Source: Calothrix sp. NIES-2100
GTDB taxonomy: Bacteria; Cyanobacteriota; Cyanobacteriia; Cyanobacteriales; Nostocaceae
Length of the DNA stretch: 64,000 bases
NCBI GenBank assembly: GCA_002368195.1
Contig: AP018178.1
Span: forward strand, 5,273,286 to 5,337,285
Reading direction: 5' to 3'
Part shown: piece after piece, positions 30,836 through 41,407 of the stretch
How positions within the stretch are numbered: the stretch's first letter is position 1
Layout: the number at the start of each line of letters is the position of its first letter
Made by a program: the position numbers and the translations under genes
The notes under the pieces: generated by a model
Seen by the model: the letters and a program-made list of their open reading frames with translations, nothing else
Database searches by the model: none
What the model was told of the DNA's origin: nothing

Positions 30836-30868
30836 AACTATGGTTCTCAAAATAGATGTGGTTTATAT

Positions 30869-31657
30869 CTAAATTTGGCGATGAAATATTTCGGAAATCA
30901 ACAGTTGAAAATTACCGAAATTGTCATATTTTGCTGTTAGTCGCTTAAATTGGTTTTCCGATACAAACCTACCAGCTATAATGTCAAATTCTTGACCAAT
31001 GCTTAAACTTGTAGGAGCATTGATAACTATACCATCAGGTAAGAAAAAAGTTTGATTTTGCTCTTCTAAAGGAGCTAACACCAGATTTTGAATAGTTTCA
31101 GCATTTGAAACTGTTAAATCAGGGGTTATGTACTGTTTTTTTCCTATCCATTTACCTTCAATAGTTTTTACTTTTGCACCTGGAGTTTCGGCAGGGAAAC
31201 TACCTAAATGCTCGCGAATATGAGTGATTTTTTCAACGGCGCTATTTTCTCCATAAATAACCGATACACTATTTCGCCAATCTTCATGTCTGAAGAATAA
31301 CTCCATTCCAAAGTGTTTACCTGGTTCAAATGTTTTACTCAACCAAGCTTGTACACCAGGAGCAATTGATAATGCCCTCATAGAAGGTATGGCTGTATGA
31401 ATTATGCCATCAGGTTGGTTAGAAGTTTGCTTATCAAGTTGCCAGTTTTTTTCTTCCGTACTGCCATCGGCATAAGTGTAATTATTAGTTTGGTAAATAA
31501 CTGTTTTATCTTCGTTAGCGCGAAAACTTCTGATACCTTGAAAAGACTGAATCACCTCTAAATCTGGAGAATATCTAGTCCATATTCCGTGCCAACTCAT
31601 ACCTTCAGGAGTATGATGAGCAAATAAATTTGACCAGTTTTGCTCTTGTGCATTCAT
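30869..31657 (-). CDS. hypothetical protein
   Basis: 262 aa, no motif recognised; 43 nt downstream of Rieske oxygenase gene. Confidence 0.5.
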   Translation of the reverse strand: MNAQEQNWSNLFAHHTPEGMSWHGIWTRYSPDLEVIQSFQGIRSFRANEDKTVIYQTNNYTYADGSTEEKNWQLDKQTSNQPDGIIHTAIPSMRALSIAPGVQAWLSKTFEPGKHFGMELFFRHEDWRNSVSVIYGENSAVEKITHIREHLGSFPAETPGAKVKTIEGKWIGKKQYITPDLTVSNAETIQNLVLAPLEEQNQTFFLPDGIVINAPTSLSIGQEFDIIAGRFVSENQFKRLTAKYDNFGNFQLLISEIFHRQI

Positions 31658-31700
31658 GATATTTAATGTTTAAATTTGAATTTTTTACAAACGAGTGTGA

Positions 31701-33119
31701 TTAGTGACGGGTATAAGCACGCTCAAATTTAGTTTTGAGTTGCTGTGCTACCGCAGCTAAAGCGACTACTAATAAAGAGGTGGAAACAGTAGCAATTTTT
31801 ATTCTAGAATCATCTGCAAGTATAGCCACAAATGCTAGAGCGATCGCTAACCCGATCAAAGTTTTTCTGAAACTATTCGTGACTTGATATGTGCGATTGC
31901 AAGAATTACACAGTTGTGTATGTCGCAGATATCGGTCGATTTCTACTGGATGGCGATCGCACTGCTCTATGTCTACATTTTTAGATGTAGAATAACCTTG
32001 ATAAAAAGGTAAAGCAGCACCAAATCTATCTAACCATTTGCGATATTCAATCACAAAAGCGTCGGATGTTTTCAGTGGTAAATACACATCTTGGAGATTT
32101 TTTCCCAACCGCTGAATTTCCGCTTGTTGTCCGACAACTAATGACAAATCTTCTTCTAATATTTTGCTCTGATTGAAATGTATAAGCCAACGAGGTTTAA
32201 GCTTGATTTCCCAAGTTACAAAGTTGCGGTAACTGCGGGTGAGAACTCGACACCGATTTTTACCTAGAGGAAAAGAATAAAGTGCTAGTCCAAAATTCCA
32301 ACCTTTTTGTTCAATTGTAAATTGAAAAAGCACCAAATTAGGTGCAATAAAATCCATCCTGCGCCAAGCATCATCAGGTTCTCTCGTGTTCCGAAACCTA
32401 CCGCGAAATCCTTGCACTGAACTTTCAATTACCTCCATTTCTAGAGGTTGAGCATTGTTGCGATTACCCTGGCTACCGTCATGGCTAATATTAACATGTG
32501 CTGGGTCTAAAACATTCTCAATAAAATAGCTTTGTTCGTAAGGCAAATCGGTGATTTTATCTGTATGGACAAATCCGGGCTTGTCTACATCAGCTAATGT
32601 GGGGATTAATTCTTCAATTGCTGCTTCACTTTCTCCTGCCCACATCCAAATAATACCTTGACGTTCCACCACTTTAAAAGAGGCTACGCAAGCATTACTA
32701 GGAATTTTGGCATTACTTGGTAACTGGGGAATATGCAAACACTCACCATTAATCCCAAACTGCCAACCGTGGTATAAGCACTCAATTTTACCATCGATAA
32801 TTTGCCCATCAGATAGTTTAGCGGCACGATGGGGGCAACGATCTGTTAAACAAATTAGCTGTCCCTCTTGATTTGTGAACAAAACAAAAGGTTCGTCGTA
32901 CAAAGAAAAGCTATAAGAACGGTTTTTCGGTAAATCTTGTTGAAAGCAGACAGGATACCAACATTGCTTCCAGTTAAATTCTTGTTGTGCTTCTGGTAAA
33001 TGAAAAGTATCTGTTGGTGGTGTCGCCTCTGGTGTTTTAATTTCTAATGTCATAACTGGTTTCAGGCTGATATTTAGCCTATCTATATTTCTCTGATCAT
33101 AGATGAAATTATGAGGCAA
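31701..33119 (-). CDS. Rieske [2Fe-2S] non-heme iron oxygenase, PAO/Tic55-like, C-terminal membrane anchor
   Basis: Rieske ligands CPHR...CLYHGW; mononuclear iron region ...NVLDPAHVNISHDGSQG...; C-terminal TM LIGLAIALAFVAILA. Confidence 0.8.
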   Translation of the reverse strand: MPHNFIYDQRNIDRLNISLKPVMTLEIKTPEATPPTDTFHLPEAQQEFNWKQCWYPVCFQQDLPKNRSYSFSLYDEPFVLFTNQEGQLICLTDRCPHRAAKLSDGQIIDGKIECLYHGWQFGINGECLHIPQLPSNAKIPSNACVASFKVVERQGIIWMWAGESEAAIEELIPTLADVDKPGFVHTDKITDLPYEQSYFIENVLDPAHVNISHDGSQGNRNNAQPLEMEVIESSVQGFRGRFRNTREPDDAWRRMDFIAPNLVLFQFTIEQKGWNFGLALYSFPLGKNRCRVLTRSYRNFVTWEIKLKPRWLIHFNQSKILEEDLSLVVGQQAEIQRLGKNLQDVYLPLKTSDAFVIEYRKWLDRFGAALPFYQGYSTSKNVDIEQCDRHPVEIDRYLRHTQLCNSCNRTYQVTNSFRKTLIGLAIALAFVAILADDSRIKIATVSTSLLVVALAAVAQQLKTKFERAYTRH

Positions 33120-33350
33120 AAATGCTGAGGAGATATTCAGTCTTAGGGTTGAAATCTTGTTAATACCAATTCTATGTGAGGCTGCACATTAACGCCCTCA
33201 CCCTCCAAGGGTGGGGCTACACAAACAAAGCCTGCCTACCTTTTGGGAACTGCTCCGCAGAACGCAGGCTAATTATATGCATCTTCATAAAGAATTGGTA
33301 TAAGGTAAATTTATTATTTGATTGACTAAACATTCAAATTACTGCCACAG

Positions 33351-33740
33351 TTATTCTGTTTCAATCAAAACAGTAACAGCCGCAACCGCTATCAACATTT
33401 CGTCATTTTTATCGTTGAGAGAAGGAATTGCCCGTCCTTGAACTACCATCCCCCCAGCTTCTACAGTGAGAGTTTTACGACCAAAGGGTAATACTGCTAA
33501 TACATCATCATGCTTGACTTGTTCCGGGTATGGTACTGCTACCTGGACTTCCACAATCATGTCATTGGGGTCAGTTAAACCTGCTACTTCCCAAACACCA
33601 GGTAAAGCATTATTTGCGATCGCATTTCGTACCGCCCTCGCCGCTGCTACAGTCGGTTCCTGTCCGTGCTGATCGATTCCCATCCCCATTTCGATAATCA
33701 AGCGTTTTCGCACCACTGCAACCTCCCAAAAATTTTGCAC
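33351..33740 (-). CDS. conserved hypothetical protein
   Basis: 129-aa ORF. Confidence 0.45.
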   Translation of the reverse strand: MQNFWEVAVVRKRLIIEMGMGIDQHGQEPTVAAARAVRNAIANNALPGVWEVAGLTDPNDMIVEVQVAVPYPEQVKHDDVLAVLPFGRKTLTVEAGGMVVQGRAIPSLNDKNDEMLIAVAAVTVLIETE

Positions 33741-33872
33741 ATTTAGTCAATAAAACTATGATAAATTGGTTCACGCCAAGGGCTTTTAGGCGTTGGATTC
33801 TTGGTTAGTGCGAATCAATGTATCGCTTGTGAGTTTCCCTAACTAGACATAGCAATGTCTCTCTTTGCCGTG

Positions 33873-34772
33873 CTATGAGTTCGATACTTGTCGGTTTTCG
33901 GCTATTTTGGTAAAAAACTCTAAAAGCTGTTTAGCAAAGGCTGCGGGTTGTTCTTCAGGAATGAAATGACCGCAATTCTCAATTACACCTCCATGCACAT
34001 CCGTAGCTACACTTTTCAGCATTTGCTTAACGTGTTCGCCCAAACTGCGATCGCCACCAAGTCCCAGAATCGGCGTTTTGATTTTTTTCTGAGCATAAGG
34101 TGCGGTTTGCTTCATCGTATCAAATATCGCCCGATACACACCGATTGCGCCCCTAATACCATCTGCTGTGGCAAAGGTACGCAGATATTCATTAACGGTT
34201 TCGTCATTGATTGACTGGCGATCGTAGAGATATCGATCATAAAACCAGGTGAGAAACTCCCGTTCATGACCAGCAATCAAAATTTCGGGTATTTTGGGCG
34301 CAAGGCTAAATAACCACCACCACATACTCCCTTCCTGCATCGTCTCTGGCGCAAACGTGAGGAATGGTTGAATGTGCTCTTCTAAAATGACTGGGTCTTC
34401 CAAATACGCTAAGGCTCGAACTTCATCGGGGTATTGACCGGCATAAACCAGCGCGGGGGGTGCGCCCATGTCATGCGCAACAATGAATATTTTGGCAAAA
34501 CCAAGCTGATGAATTAGCGAGCGAAAATCCTCCATCAAAGTACGAGCATCATACCCGCTTGCTGGCTTGTCTGAGTCGCCATAGCCACGCATATCGGGAG
34601 CAATTACCGTATAGTGTTTCGCCAAAATCGGCATGAGCTTATGCCAAGAGTAGCTAGTTCCCAGAAAGCCATGCCACAGCAGAATTGGATCGCCTTGACC
34701 ACCAATGACATAATGCAAGCGAATGCTGTTTACAGCAGTGGTGTGGTGAGTGAAGGTGCCATCGTTCATCAT
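33873..34772 (-). CDS. alpha/beta-fold hydrolase (epoxide hydrolase/haloalkane dehalogenase-like)
   Basis: HGFLGTSYSW oxyanion region, nucleophile elbow VAHDMGAP, 299 aa. Confidence 0.75.
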   Translation of the reverse strand: MMNDGTFTHHTTAVNSIRLHYVIGGQGDPILLWHGFLGTSYSWHKLMPILAKHYTVIAPDMRGYGDSDKPASGYDARTLMEDFRSLIHQLGFAKIFIVAHDMGAPPALVYAGQYPDEVRALAYLEDPVILEEHIQPFLTFAPETMQEGSMWWWLFSLAPKIPEILIAGHEREFLTWFYDRYLYDRQSINDETVNEYLRTFATADGIRGAIGVYRAIFDTMKQTAPYAQKKIKTPILGLGGDRSLGEHVKQMLKSVATDVHGGVIENCGHFIPEEQPAAFAKQLLEFFTKIAENRQVSNS

Positions 34773-35296
34773 TAAGCTTTACCTCAGATGTCAGAAGAAA
34801 TTGTGCGTAGACAAGGTGTCGCTTGCCTCCGGCATCCCATTCCCATTTTTTCAGATCAACTTCTTTGTTGGGAAAGTAGGTCAAAAAGTCCGCCCCTAGA
34901 GGTTAAGCAACTAAACCCACTTTTATTACTTGAGTTAAAGAAAAATTGACAATCCTGATTTTTCCAGATTTACTCTTCAAAGCGTAACATGAGAAGGGTG
35001 AACTACCACGCCGTAAGACTGACGGGGCTTCCCAATTCATCAGGAATAGCCTCCAGAACTTCGTAGTTCTATTGGTCTTACATTCCCTCCCTGGGCAGGA
35101 GTCCTGGTTCCCAAGACCCAAATCTTCTTCTTGCAACATATACCTGTTAGCTTGGTTTTCGCTTATGGCATTGATGGTCAAGATAATACTTAGTTTACAA
35201 GAATTGATGATTCGTATGACGAATCAAGAGATCACAATCCCCATCTTAGGAATACCTTGAAGATGGCGACTTCCGCAACCCGTTAAATTTGACTTC

Positions 35297-36316
35297 ATGA
35301 CCATCCAGCGCCGACAATTTCTCACTAGCTTGGGATTAACTACCTTAGCCACTCAGTTACAACCATTGACTGCCCAAGGTCAACTATCTCTGGGGACTAT
35401 CCTCAAGCCGCCTCGTTTGCAAATTGGCGATACTGTGGGATTAATTGCCCCGGCGGGTATCGTTGACAAACAAGATGTGGAAACAGCACAGCAAAACATT
35501 GCAGATTTAGGTCTCAAAGTCAAGTTAGGGAAACATATCTTAGATCGTTATGGCTATTTAGCAGGAAAAGATCGCGATCGCGCTTTTGACTTAAACGCCA
35601 TGTTTGCAGATCAATCTGTGAAAGCAATTATTGCTATGCGCGGTGGCTGGGGCTGTAATCGCATTTTACCGTTACTCAACTACCCTATCATCCGCTCCCA
35701 TGCCAAAATCTTACTGGGTTACAGCGATATTACTTCTCTATTGTTAGCGATCAACGCCAAAAGCCGCGTCATTACTTTTCACGGACCGGTTGCCACTTCC
35801 ACCTGGAATCAGTTTACGCTGGATTACGTTCAGCGGATTCTGTTTGCTGGAGAAGCTGTGACAATGCAAAATCCCACCAATAACGAAGTGCAATTCTCGC
35901 CAATTGCACCAGGGAAAGCGAAAGGTAAACTCGTAGGTGGTAATTTATCAGTACTAGCAGCAATGCTAGGTTCGCCTTACCTTCCTGCATGGAACCAAAG
36001 CATTTTATTTTTGGAAGAAATCGGCGAGGATGTCTATCGTGTAGACCGGATGCTGACCCAGTTAAAAAATGCTGGCATCCTGAATCGCATTGCGGGTTTG
36101 ATTTTTGGGCAATGCACCAATTGTAGTTTAGGCGATGAACCGAATTTTACTTTAATGCAAGTATTGCAAGACCACATACTTCCCTTAAACATTCCCGCTT
36201 GGTACGGTGCTGCGATCGGTCATATTAAAGATAAATTTACCATGCCAGTGGGTGTAAATGTTGAAATCAATGCAATTGCTGGCACAATCCAGATGTTAGA
36301 GTCAGCTGTTGATTAA
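35297..36316 (+). CDS. LD-carboxypeptidase (peptidase S66, LdcA/MccF-like) with Tat-type signal
   Basis: RRQFLTSLGLTTLA twin-arginine signal; nucleophile motif GYSDITSLL. Confidence 0.75.
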   Translation: MTIQRRQFLTSLGLTTLATQLQPLTAQGQLSLGTILKPPRLQIGDTVGLIAPAGIVDKQDVETAQQNIADLGLKVKLGKHILDRYGYLAGKDRDRAFDLNAMFADQSVKAIIAMRGGWGCNRILPLLNYPIIRSHAKILLGYSDITSLLLAINAKSRVITFHGPVATSTWNQFTLDYVQRILFAGEAVTMQNPTNNEVQFSPIAPGKAKGKLVGGNLSVLAAMLGSPYLPAWNQSILFLEEIGEDVYRVDRMLTQLKNAGILNRIAGLIFGQCTNCSLGDEPNFTLMQVLQDHILPLNIPAWYGAAIGHIKDKFTMPVGVNVEINAIAGTIQMLESAVD

Positions 36317-36339
36317 GATTAATTAAAACTTACGCACTC

Positions 36340-36440
36340 GTGACGAAAAACTCAGCTTTAGCGATTACTTCCCTTCTCTTCTCACTCGGGGAGACGCGCA
36401 AGGGACGAGACGCTAACGGGAACGCTCGTAATTATGTAAA
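36340..36440. repeat. dispersed ~100-nt structured repeat, copy 2 (inverted orientation)
   Basis: reverse complement reads acgagcgttcccgttagcgtctcgtccc...gagaagagaagg, closely matching 9727-9790. Confidence 0.45.
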
Positions 36441-36589
36441 ATCCCAGTCCTTGCGTCAGTCCTGTCAATAACTAATCATCAGGAAATTTAAAATTTAATT
36501 ATACAAATGAAAGATAAATTCATCAAAAATTTATATTAACGATGAGAATTAGTGCTTTTCAATGTTTTTATCTAATTATGAAAAAAACT

Positions 36590-36602
36590 AGCCAAAATGG
36601 CT
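36590..36602. promoter_or_regulatory. single AGCCAAAATGGCT palindromic motif ~320 nt upstream of RTX-like gene
   Basis: actagccaaaatggctaaattg. Confidence 0.35.
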
Positions 36603-36924
36603 AAATTGTCGTTTAATATGAATTATCCTGTTTATAGGCAAGCATTAACTATAGCTAGCTAATTAATAATTGTAAAGAACAATTATCTATCAAAATTAAA
36701 TCAGACGTACTTCTATCGCCAGTTATTTACTGGGAAAAATCTTATTTTTATGTGATGGGTAAAGCCCAGAGTCAGATTATAAAAAAGGGTGCAGGATAAA
36801 AGTTTATGCACTTATTTATTAATAAATAGGTGAAAAATTAACTGCACATAAATACTTAAGATAGATGGTTCAATAACCATAACTTAAGAATGATGCAGTG
36901 AATAAAGATGAAAAGGACGGTTTC

Positions 36925-38259
36925 ATGACAGCCTTAAACTTAAGCGAAGTCAGATTTAGCAATTACTCTGATGTAGTCAATCCAGGTAGGGCAATATACA
37001 ATAGCCAATACTCATCTGTAGATACATTAGGAGGAGACGATCAAATTATCGGTACTTCCAATGTAAGTGGTGATTTCGCTTTGGTAGCCTATTCCGGAGC
37101 TGCTACCCAATACGGCAAAGCGATCGCCTCTAGCCACTTGAAAGATAAGGCTACTGTTGCTACCTATGGGATTAAAAACGAAGGAACTATCAATACAAAC
37201 TATGGCAACGATATAGTCAGAGGAAAGGCGACAGCTAACATCAGCGCCACTGCTGTGACAGTATCTGAGGCTATAGCTAATGCTCAGAAATCAGATGCTA
37301 TTGCGATCGCCAATGCTTTTGCATCCATTAACGTCAAAGCTACCGCGGACGGCATTGATAACTCCTGGGGTAAGCTTTATACTGGTGATGGAAGTGACTC
37401 TGTAACTGGTAATACTGACGGTTCTGTGAGTGCGGTAGCTGTAGCGATTTTAGATGCCTCAGCCATCGTTGAGGCTATCTGCAAAGCCCCAATGTCTCAA
37501 GGTTTGACAGCTTTCGCCCAAGCAATGGCTACAAGTTTAGCCAAAGGAAGCATCACTGCTACTGGCTTGAAGAATAACAACGGAGTTATTACCACTGGGA
37601 AGGGTGACGATACACTCAGTGCTAGTGCCACTTCGAGTGCTGGTACCTTTGCAAGTAGTGTGAGTTCTACTTTAGCGAGTGCGACTCCCGGTAATCAAGC
37701 TTTAGCGCAAAGTGTCGCATTAGCTAGTGCTCAAGCTTCTGATACCGCGATCGCCATCGACAACTCGCGAGGCTTGATTGATACCGGAATTGGATACGAT
37801 ACTATAGATGCTAATGCTAAGGCGAGTGACAAAGCGATCGCCATTAACAACAGTGGCGGCAAGATTAGTACCGGGGATGGAAACGATACAATTACTGCCA
37901 AAGCTAGTGGCGCTGAAAGTTACGGTATTTTTGGCGGCAATATTGACACAGGTTATGGAAACGATCGCGTCATCGCCTCTAGTTTCGGCGGTGGGGTCAA
38001 CATAGACCTGGGATTAGGTAACGACTTTGTTCAAGGTTTTGGTGACGCTAAATTGGATGGTAGTCTAGGTTGGGATACACTCGACCTGAGCTCTTACAAT
38101 AAAGACAATTTTAAAATCAGTTTTGGTGGTTTGTTTGGCTTTAGCTTGAACAATAGTGTGAGTTTTCAACTAGATGGCGTTACCATGACCACCACTGGTT
38201 TTGACCAATTCAACTTTGCTAATGGCAGTTACAACTTTGCTCAATTAAGGTGGGCTTAG
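36925..38259 (+). CDS. secreted repeat protein with degenerate RTX-like GxGNDxI beta-roll repeats, paralogue 1
   Basis: start moved to ATG after conserved ggacggtttc (MTALNLSEVRF...); Ala/Thr/Ser/Gly-rich; C-terminal GNDTITAKASG...GYGNDRVIAS...GLGNDFVQGFGDAKLDG. Confidence 0.6.
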   Translation: MTALNLSEVRFSNYSDVVNPGRAIYNSQYSSVDTLGGDDQIIGTSNVSGDFALVAYSGAATQYGKAIASSHLKDKATVATYGIKNEGTINTNYGNDIVRGKATANISATAVTVSEAIANAQKSDAIAIANAFASINVKATADGIDNSWGKLYTGDGSDSVTGNTDGSVSAVAVAILDASAIVEAICKAPMSQGLTAFAQAMATSLAKGSITATGLKNNNGVITTGKGDDTLSASATSSAGTFASSVSSTLASATPGNQALAQSVALASAQASDTAIAIDNSRGLIDTGIGYDTIDANAKASDKAIAINNSGGKISTGDGNDTITAKASGAESYGIFGGNIDTGYGNDRVIASSFGGGVNIDLGLGNDFVQGFGDAKLDGSLGWDTLDLSSYNKDNFKISFGGLFGFSLNNSVSFQLDGVTMTTTGFDQFNFANGSYNFAQLRWA

Positions 38260-38407
38260 TGAGTCACACCTAACACTATAATCAGGGACTTCCAACTAAA
38301 AAAATATTCTCTCGCTGTGTGGTCTGATGGCGACAGAGTCAGCAGAGTTTCTCTCAATAATTCGATAATCTAATTTCTCGAATTCCCTAAATTATCCCAC
38401 TTAAATT

Positions 38408-38470
38408 TGTAATTGTTGGCGGTTAATTATGAACAGTCAACTGCCAACAATTACAATGAGATGTTTTTGA
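38408..38470 (+). terminator. rho-independent terminator after paralogue 1
   Basis: tgtaattgttggcgg...ctgccaacaattaca 15-bp stem then atgagatgtttttgatt. Confidence 0.5.
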
Positions 38471-38691
38471 TTGTGAAATCCCTCAAGAAAGCATATGACT
38501 AATTATTTGGTGCATCTGTGCAAAAAGCTTTTCCGCCTCCTAATTCTGTAATGGGTATTAACGCGGTGGGATAGGCGACGGTGTCAAGTTAATCGTGTCA
38601 TTGGGTTGCATGTAGTTAATGATTGTTGATGATGATTATTTCACCATCATTTAAGACTGATGCAGTGAATATATATAGGATGGATGGTTTT

Positions 38692-40011
38692 ATGGCAGCC
38701 TTAAACTTAAGCAAAGTCAGATTTACCCACAAATCTGATGTGGTAAATCCAGGTAAGGAAATATACAATTCCCGATTTTCCTATGTAGATACATCAAAAG
38801 GTGATGATCAAATCATCGGTACTTCCAATGTAACTGGTGATTTCGCTTTAGGAGCTTATGTCAAAGCCGCAGGCAAAAACAGAAATGCGATCGCTTCTGC
38901 TGACTTGAATGGAGAAGCTAGTATTGCTACCTATGGGATTAAAAACGAAGGAGTTATCAATACAAACGATGGCAGCGATATAGTCAGAGGAAGGGCAACA
39001 GCTAACATCACCGCCACCGCAGAAACAGTATCTGTTGCCATAGCCACTGCTCAGAGAACAGATGCGACTGCTTTTGCCAGTGCTTTTGCTGACCTTAACG
39101 TCAAAGCTACTGCTGACGGCATTGATAACTCCTGGGGTGTGCTTTACACTGGTAAAGGCAGTGACAGCGTAAGTGGTGATACTGAAGGTTCTATCAGTGC
39201 GGTAGCCGTAGCGACTTTAGATGCCTCAGCCATCGTCGAGGCTATCTGCAAAGCTCCGGAGTCTGAAGGTCTGACAGCTTTTGCACAAGCAATGGCTATA
39301 AGTTTAGCAGAGGGAACCATTACTGCCACCGGCATTAAGAATTTTGGCGGTATAATTGCTACAGGTAAGGGTGACGATACTCTCACAGCTAGTGCCACTT
39401 CTAGTGCTGGTACATTTTCAGGTATTAATTTTTCGGCTTTCGCCAGTGCGACTCCCAATAATCAAGCGTTAGCTGAGGCTGTCGCCAATGCTAGTGCTAA
39501 GGCTACTGACAAAGCGATCGCCATCGACAACTCTAGAGGCTGGATTGATACCGGGACTGGAGATGATACCATAGAAGCGACTGCTAAGGCTATTGACAAA
39601 GCGATCGCTATTGAAAACTCTAGAGGCTGGATTAGTACTGGGTTTGGAAACGATAGCATTATTGCCAAGGCTACAGGCGCGGACACTTACGGTATTTATG
39701 GCGGTAATATTGATACAGGTAAGGGAAGCGATCGGATCGTTGCCTCGAGTTTCGGAGGTGGGATCAACATAAATTTGGGAGAAGATAACGACTTTATTCA
39801 AGGTTTCGGTAACGCTAGAGTTGATGGTGGTCAAGGTTGGGATACAATCAGCTTTGGCTCCTACAATCAAGACGACTTTCAGATCAGTTTAGGTGCTAAT
39901 AACAATCGTGTGAGTTTTCAGCTAGATGGAATTAGCATGACCACCACTGGATTTGAGCAATTCAACTTTGCTAATGGCAGTTACAGCTTCGATCAATTAA
40001 AGCCGGCTTAA
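38692..40011 (+). CDS. secreted RTX-like repeat protein, paralogue 2
   Basis: MAALNLSKVRFTHKSDVVNPGKEIYNS... collinear with paralogue 1 over the full length; 5' leader (tgatgcagtgaata...gg(a/t)ggttt(c/t)atg) also duplicated. Confidence 0.6.
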   Translation: MAALNLSKVRFTHKSDVVNPGKEIYNSRFSYVDTSKGDDQIIGTSNVTGDFALGAYVKAAGKNRNAIASADLNGEASIATYGIKNEGVINTNDGSDIVRGRATANITATAETVSVAIATAQRTDATAFASAFADLNVKATADGIDNSWGVLYTGKGSDSVSGDTEGSISAVAVATLDASAIVEAICKAPESEGLTAFAQAMAISLAEGTITATGIKNFGGIIATGKGDDTLTASATSSAGTFSGINFSAFASATPNNQALAEAVANASAKATDKAIAIDNSRGWIDTGTGDDTIEATAKAIDKAIAIENSRGWISTGFGNDSIIAKATGADTYGIYGGNIDTGKGSDRIVASSFGGGININLGEDNDFIQGFGNARVDGGQGWDTISFGSYNQDDFQISLGANNNRVSFQLDGISMTTTGFEQFNFANGSYSFDQLKPA

Positions 40012-40051
40012 TGTGTTACACCTATTTTGTACATAAAAAAGTTGGCGATTT

Positions 40052-41383
40052 TTAGTTACATAGCTCATGACGAATTACAAATTCTGTCATGAGTTTTAAC
40101 AAATCATGTGCTAATAATCTATCAGCAGCATTTTTAATCACATCAAATGTAATACCTGACTTTTGGGCAATATCCAACAAAGTATGTTGACCATCGGAGA
40201 AATTCAAAACCCACAACATTGCCATTTCATGTAATCTTTTATCTTTGACTTCGTTATTGCCTTCATAAAGACCTCTTTTTCCCAACTGTGGCTCACATTT
40301 GGGATTTTGATTTAAGAAAACTTGATTATTATCAAGGATATGCAATATGGAAAGACATTGAGCAAATGATTCTGCTAGATATTGGGGGTGAATAAAATTT
40401 AAATCATCTGCTGATGTGTGATATTCGGGAAAACTACCATGAGGCGATCGCATTAAGCAACCTACAGCTAAATTAAATCCAGGTGAGCAATACTGGCGTT
40501 CATCATAGCCATAGGGAAAGAAATCGATAATTTCATATTCCTGAGGAGAATTTTTCAAAACATAAGCCGCAACTCGATCAATTTCCGTATTACCTCTACG
40601 GCTTTTTTTATAGGTAAATTTTCCCCCATCTCCTAAACAGGTGAGGACTAGCCCATGCTTAATATTGCTCACTTGAGCTTCATTTACAGCCAACCATGTA
40701 ATTGAGCCGATAGTTCCCGGAATCCAGATAAATCGATAGGAGTATCTTGGGTTACTTTGACTTAAGTATTTAGCTATAAAAGTAGCGATCGCAATTCCCG
40801 AAAGATTATCATTGCACAGTGAAGGATGACAAGCATGGCAAGAAATTAAGACTTCATCTGTGCTTTCTCCAGGGATAAAATATTCACCATAGGTCAGATG
40901 ACCCGGTTCTAATGAAGAATTAATATATACTTCATATTCTTCATCTTTTAGTTGTAAATACTGGTTATGGCTGAGGCAAAAGCCCCAAGCTTCTTTATAA
41001 TATGAAGTGCGATAGGGAATCCAATCAGGATAATCTGGAAGCGTAAACAGATGTGATTTTAATTCTGCAAGAGACAGCTTTTGATGTACAGGTATACTGT
41101 AGTTCAGAACGTGCAGATTTGAATTAGCAAAATCTACAATTTTTTCACCTTGGGAGTTTTTAATATAAGCATCTTTAATATTCCATTCATTAGGAACTGT
41201 CCAATCAAAGACTTCAGTTCCCGTGGGTACTTCATGAATTGATAAAGGAATATATTGCTGAATAATTTTCAGGGTTTCTCGAAAGCCATTACCAGTAATA
41301 CTACGACAGATCGGATATAGCTCAGCGATTAGCTGATAAATTTCCTGAGCAATGTCAGATGATGCGATATTATCAAGGATCAT
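40052..41383 (-). CDS. DUF4910/aminopeptidase-like domain protein (last gene of sugar operon)
   Basis: 443 aa; resemblance to DUF4910 proteins found in polysaccharide/glycan clusters; assignment from memory of family. Confidence 0.5.
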   Translation of the reverse strand: MILDNIASSDIAQEIYQLIAELYPICRSITGNGFRETLKIIQQYIPLSIHEVPTGTEVFDWTVPNEWNIKDAYIKNSQGEKIVDFANSNLHVLNYSIPVHQKLSLAELKSHLFTLPDYPDWIPYRTSYYKEAWGFCLSHNQYLQLKDEEYEVYINSSLEPGHLTYGEYFIPGESTDEVLISCHACHPSLCNDNLSGIAIATFIAKYLSQSNPRYSYRFIWIPGTIGSITWLAVNEAQVSNIKHGLVLTCLGDGGKFTYKKSRRGNTEIDRVAAYVLKNSPQEYEIIDFFPYGYDERQYCSPGFNLAVGCLMRSPHGSFPEYHTSADDLNFIHPQYLAESFAQCLSILHILDNNQVFLNQNPKCEPQLGKRGLYEGNNEVKDKRLHEMAMLWVLNFSDGQHTLLDIAQKSGITFDVIKNAADRLLAHDLLKLMTEFVIRHELCN

Positions 41384-41407
41384 ATCTTTGTTGCCAGATC
41401 AATGGAA

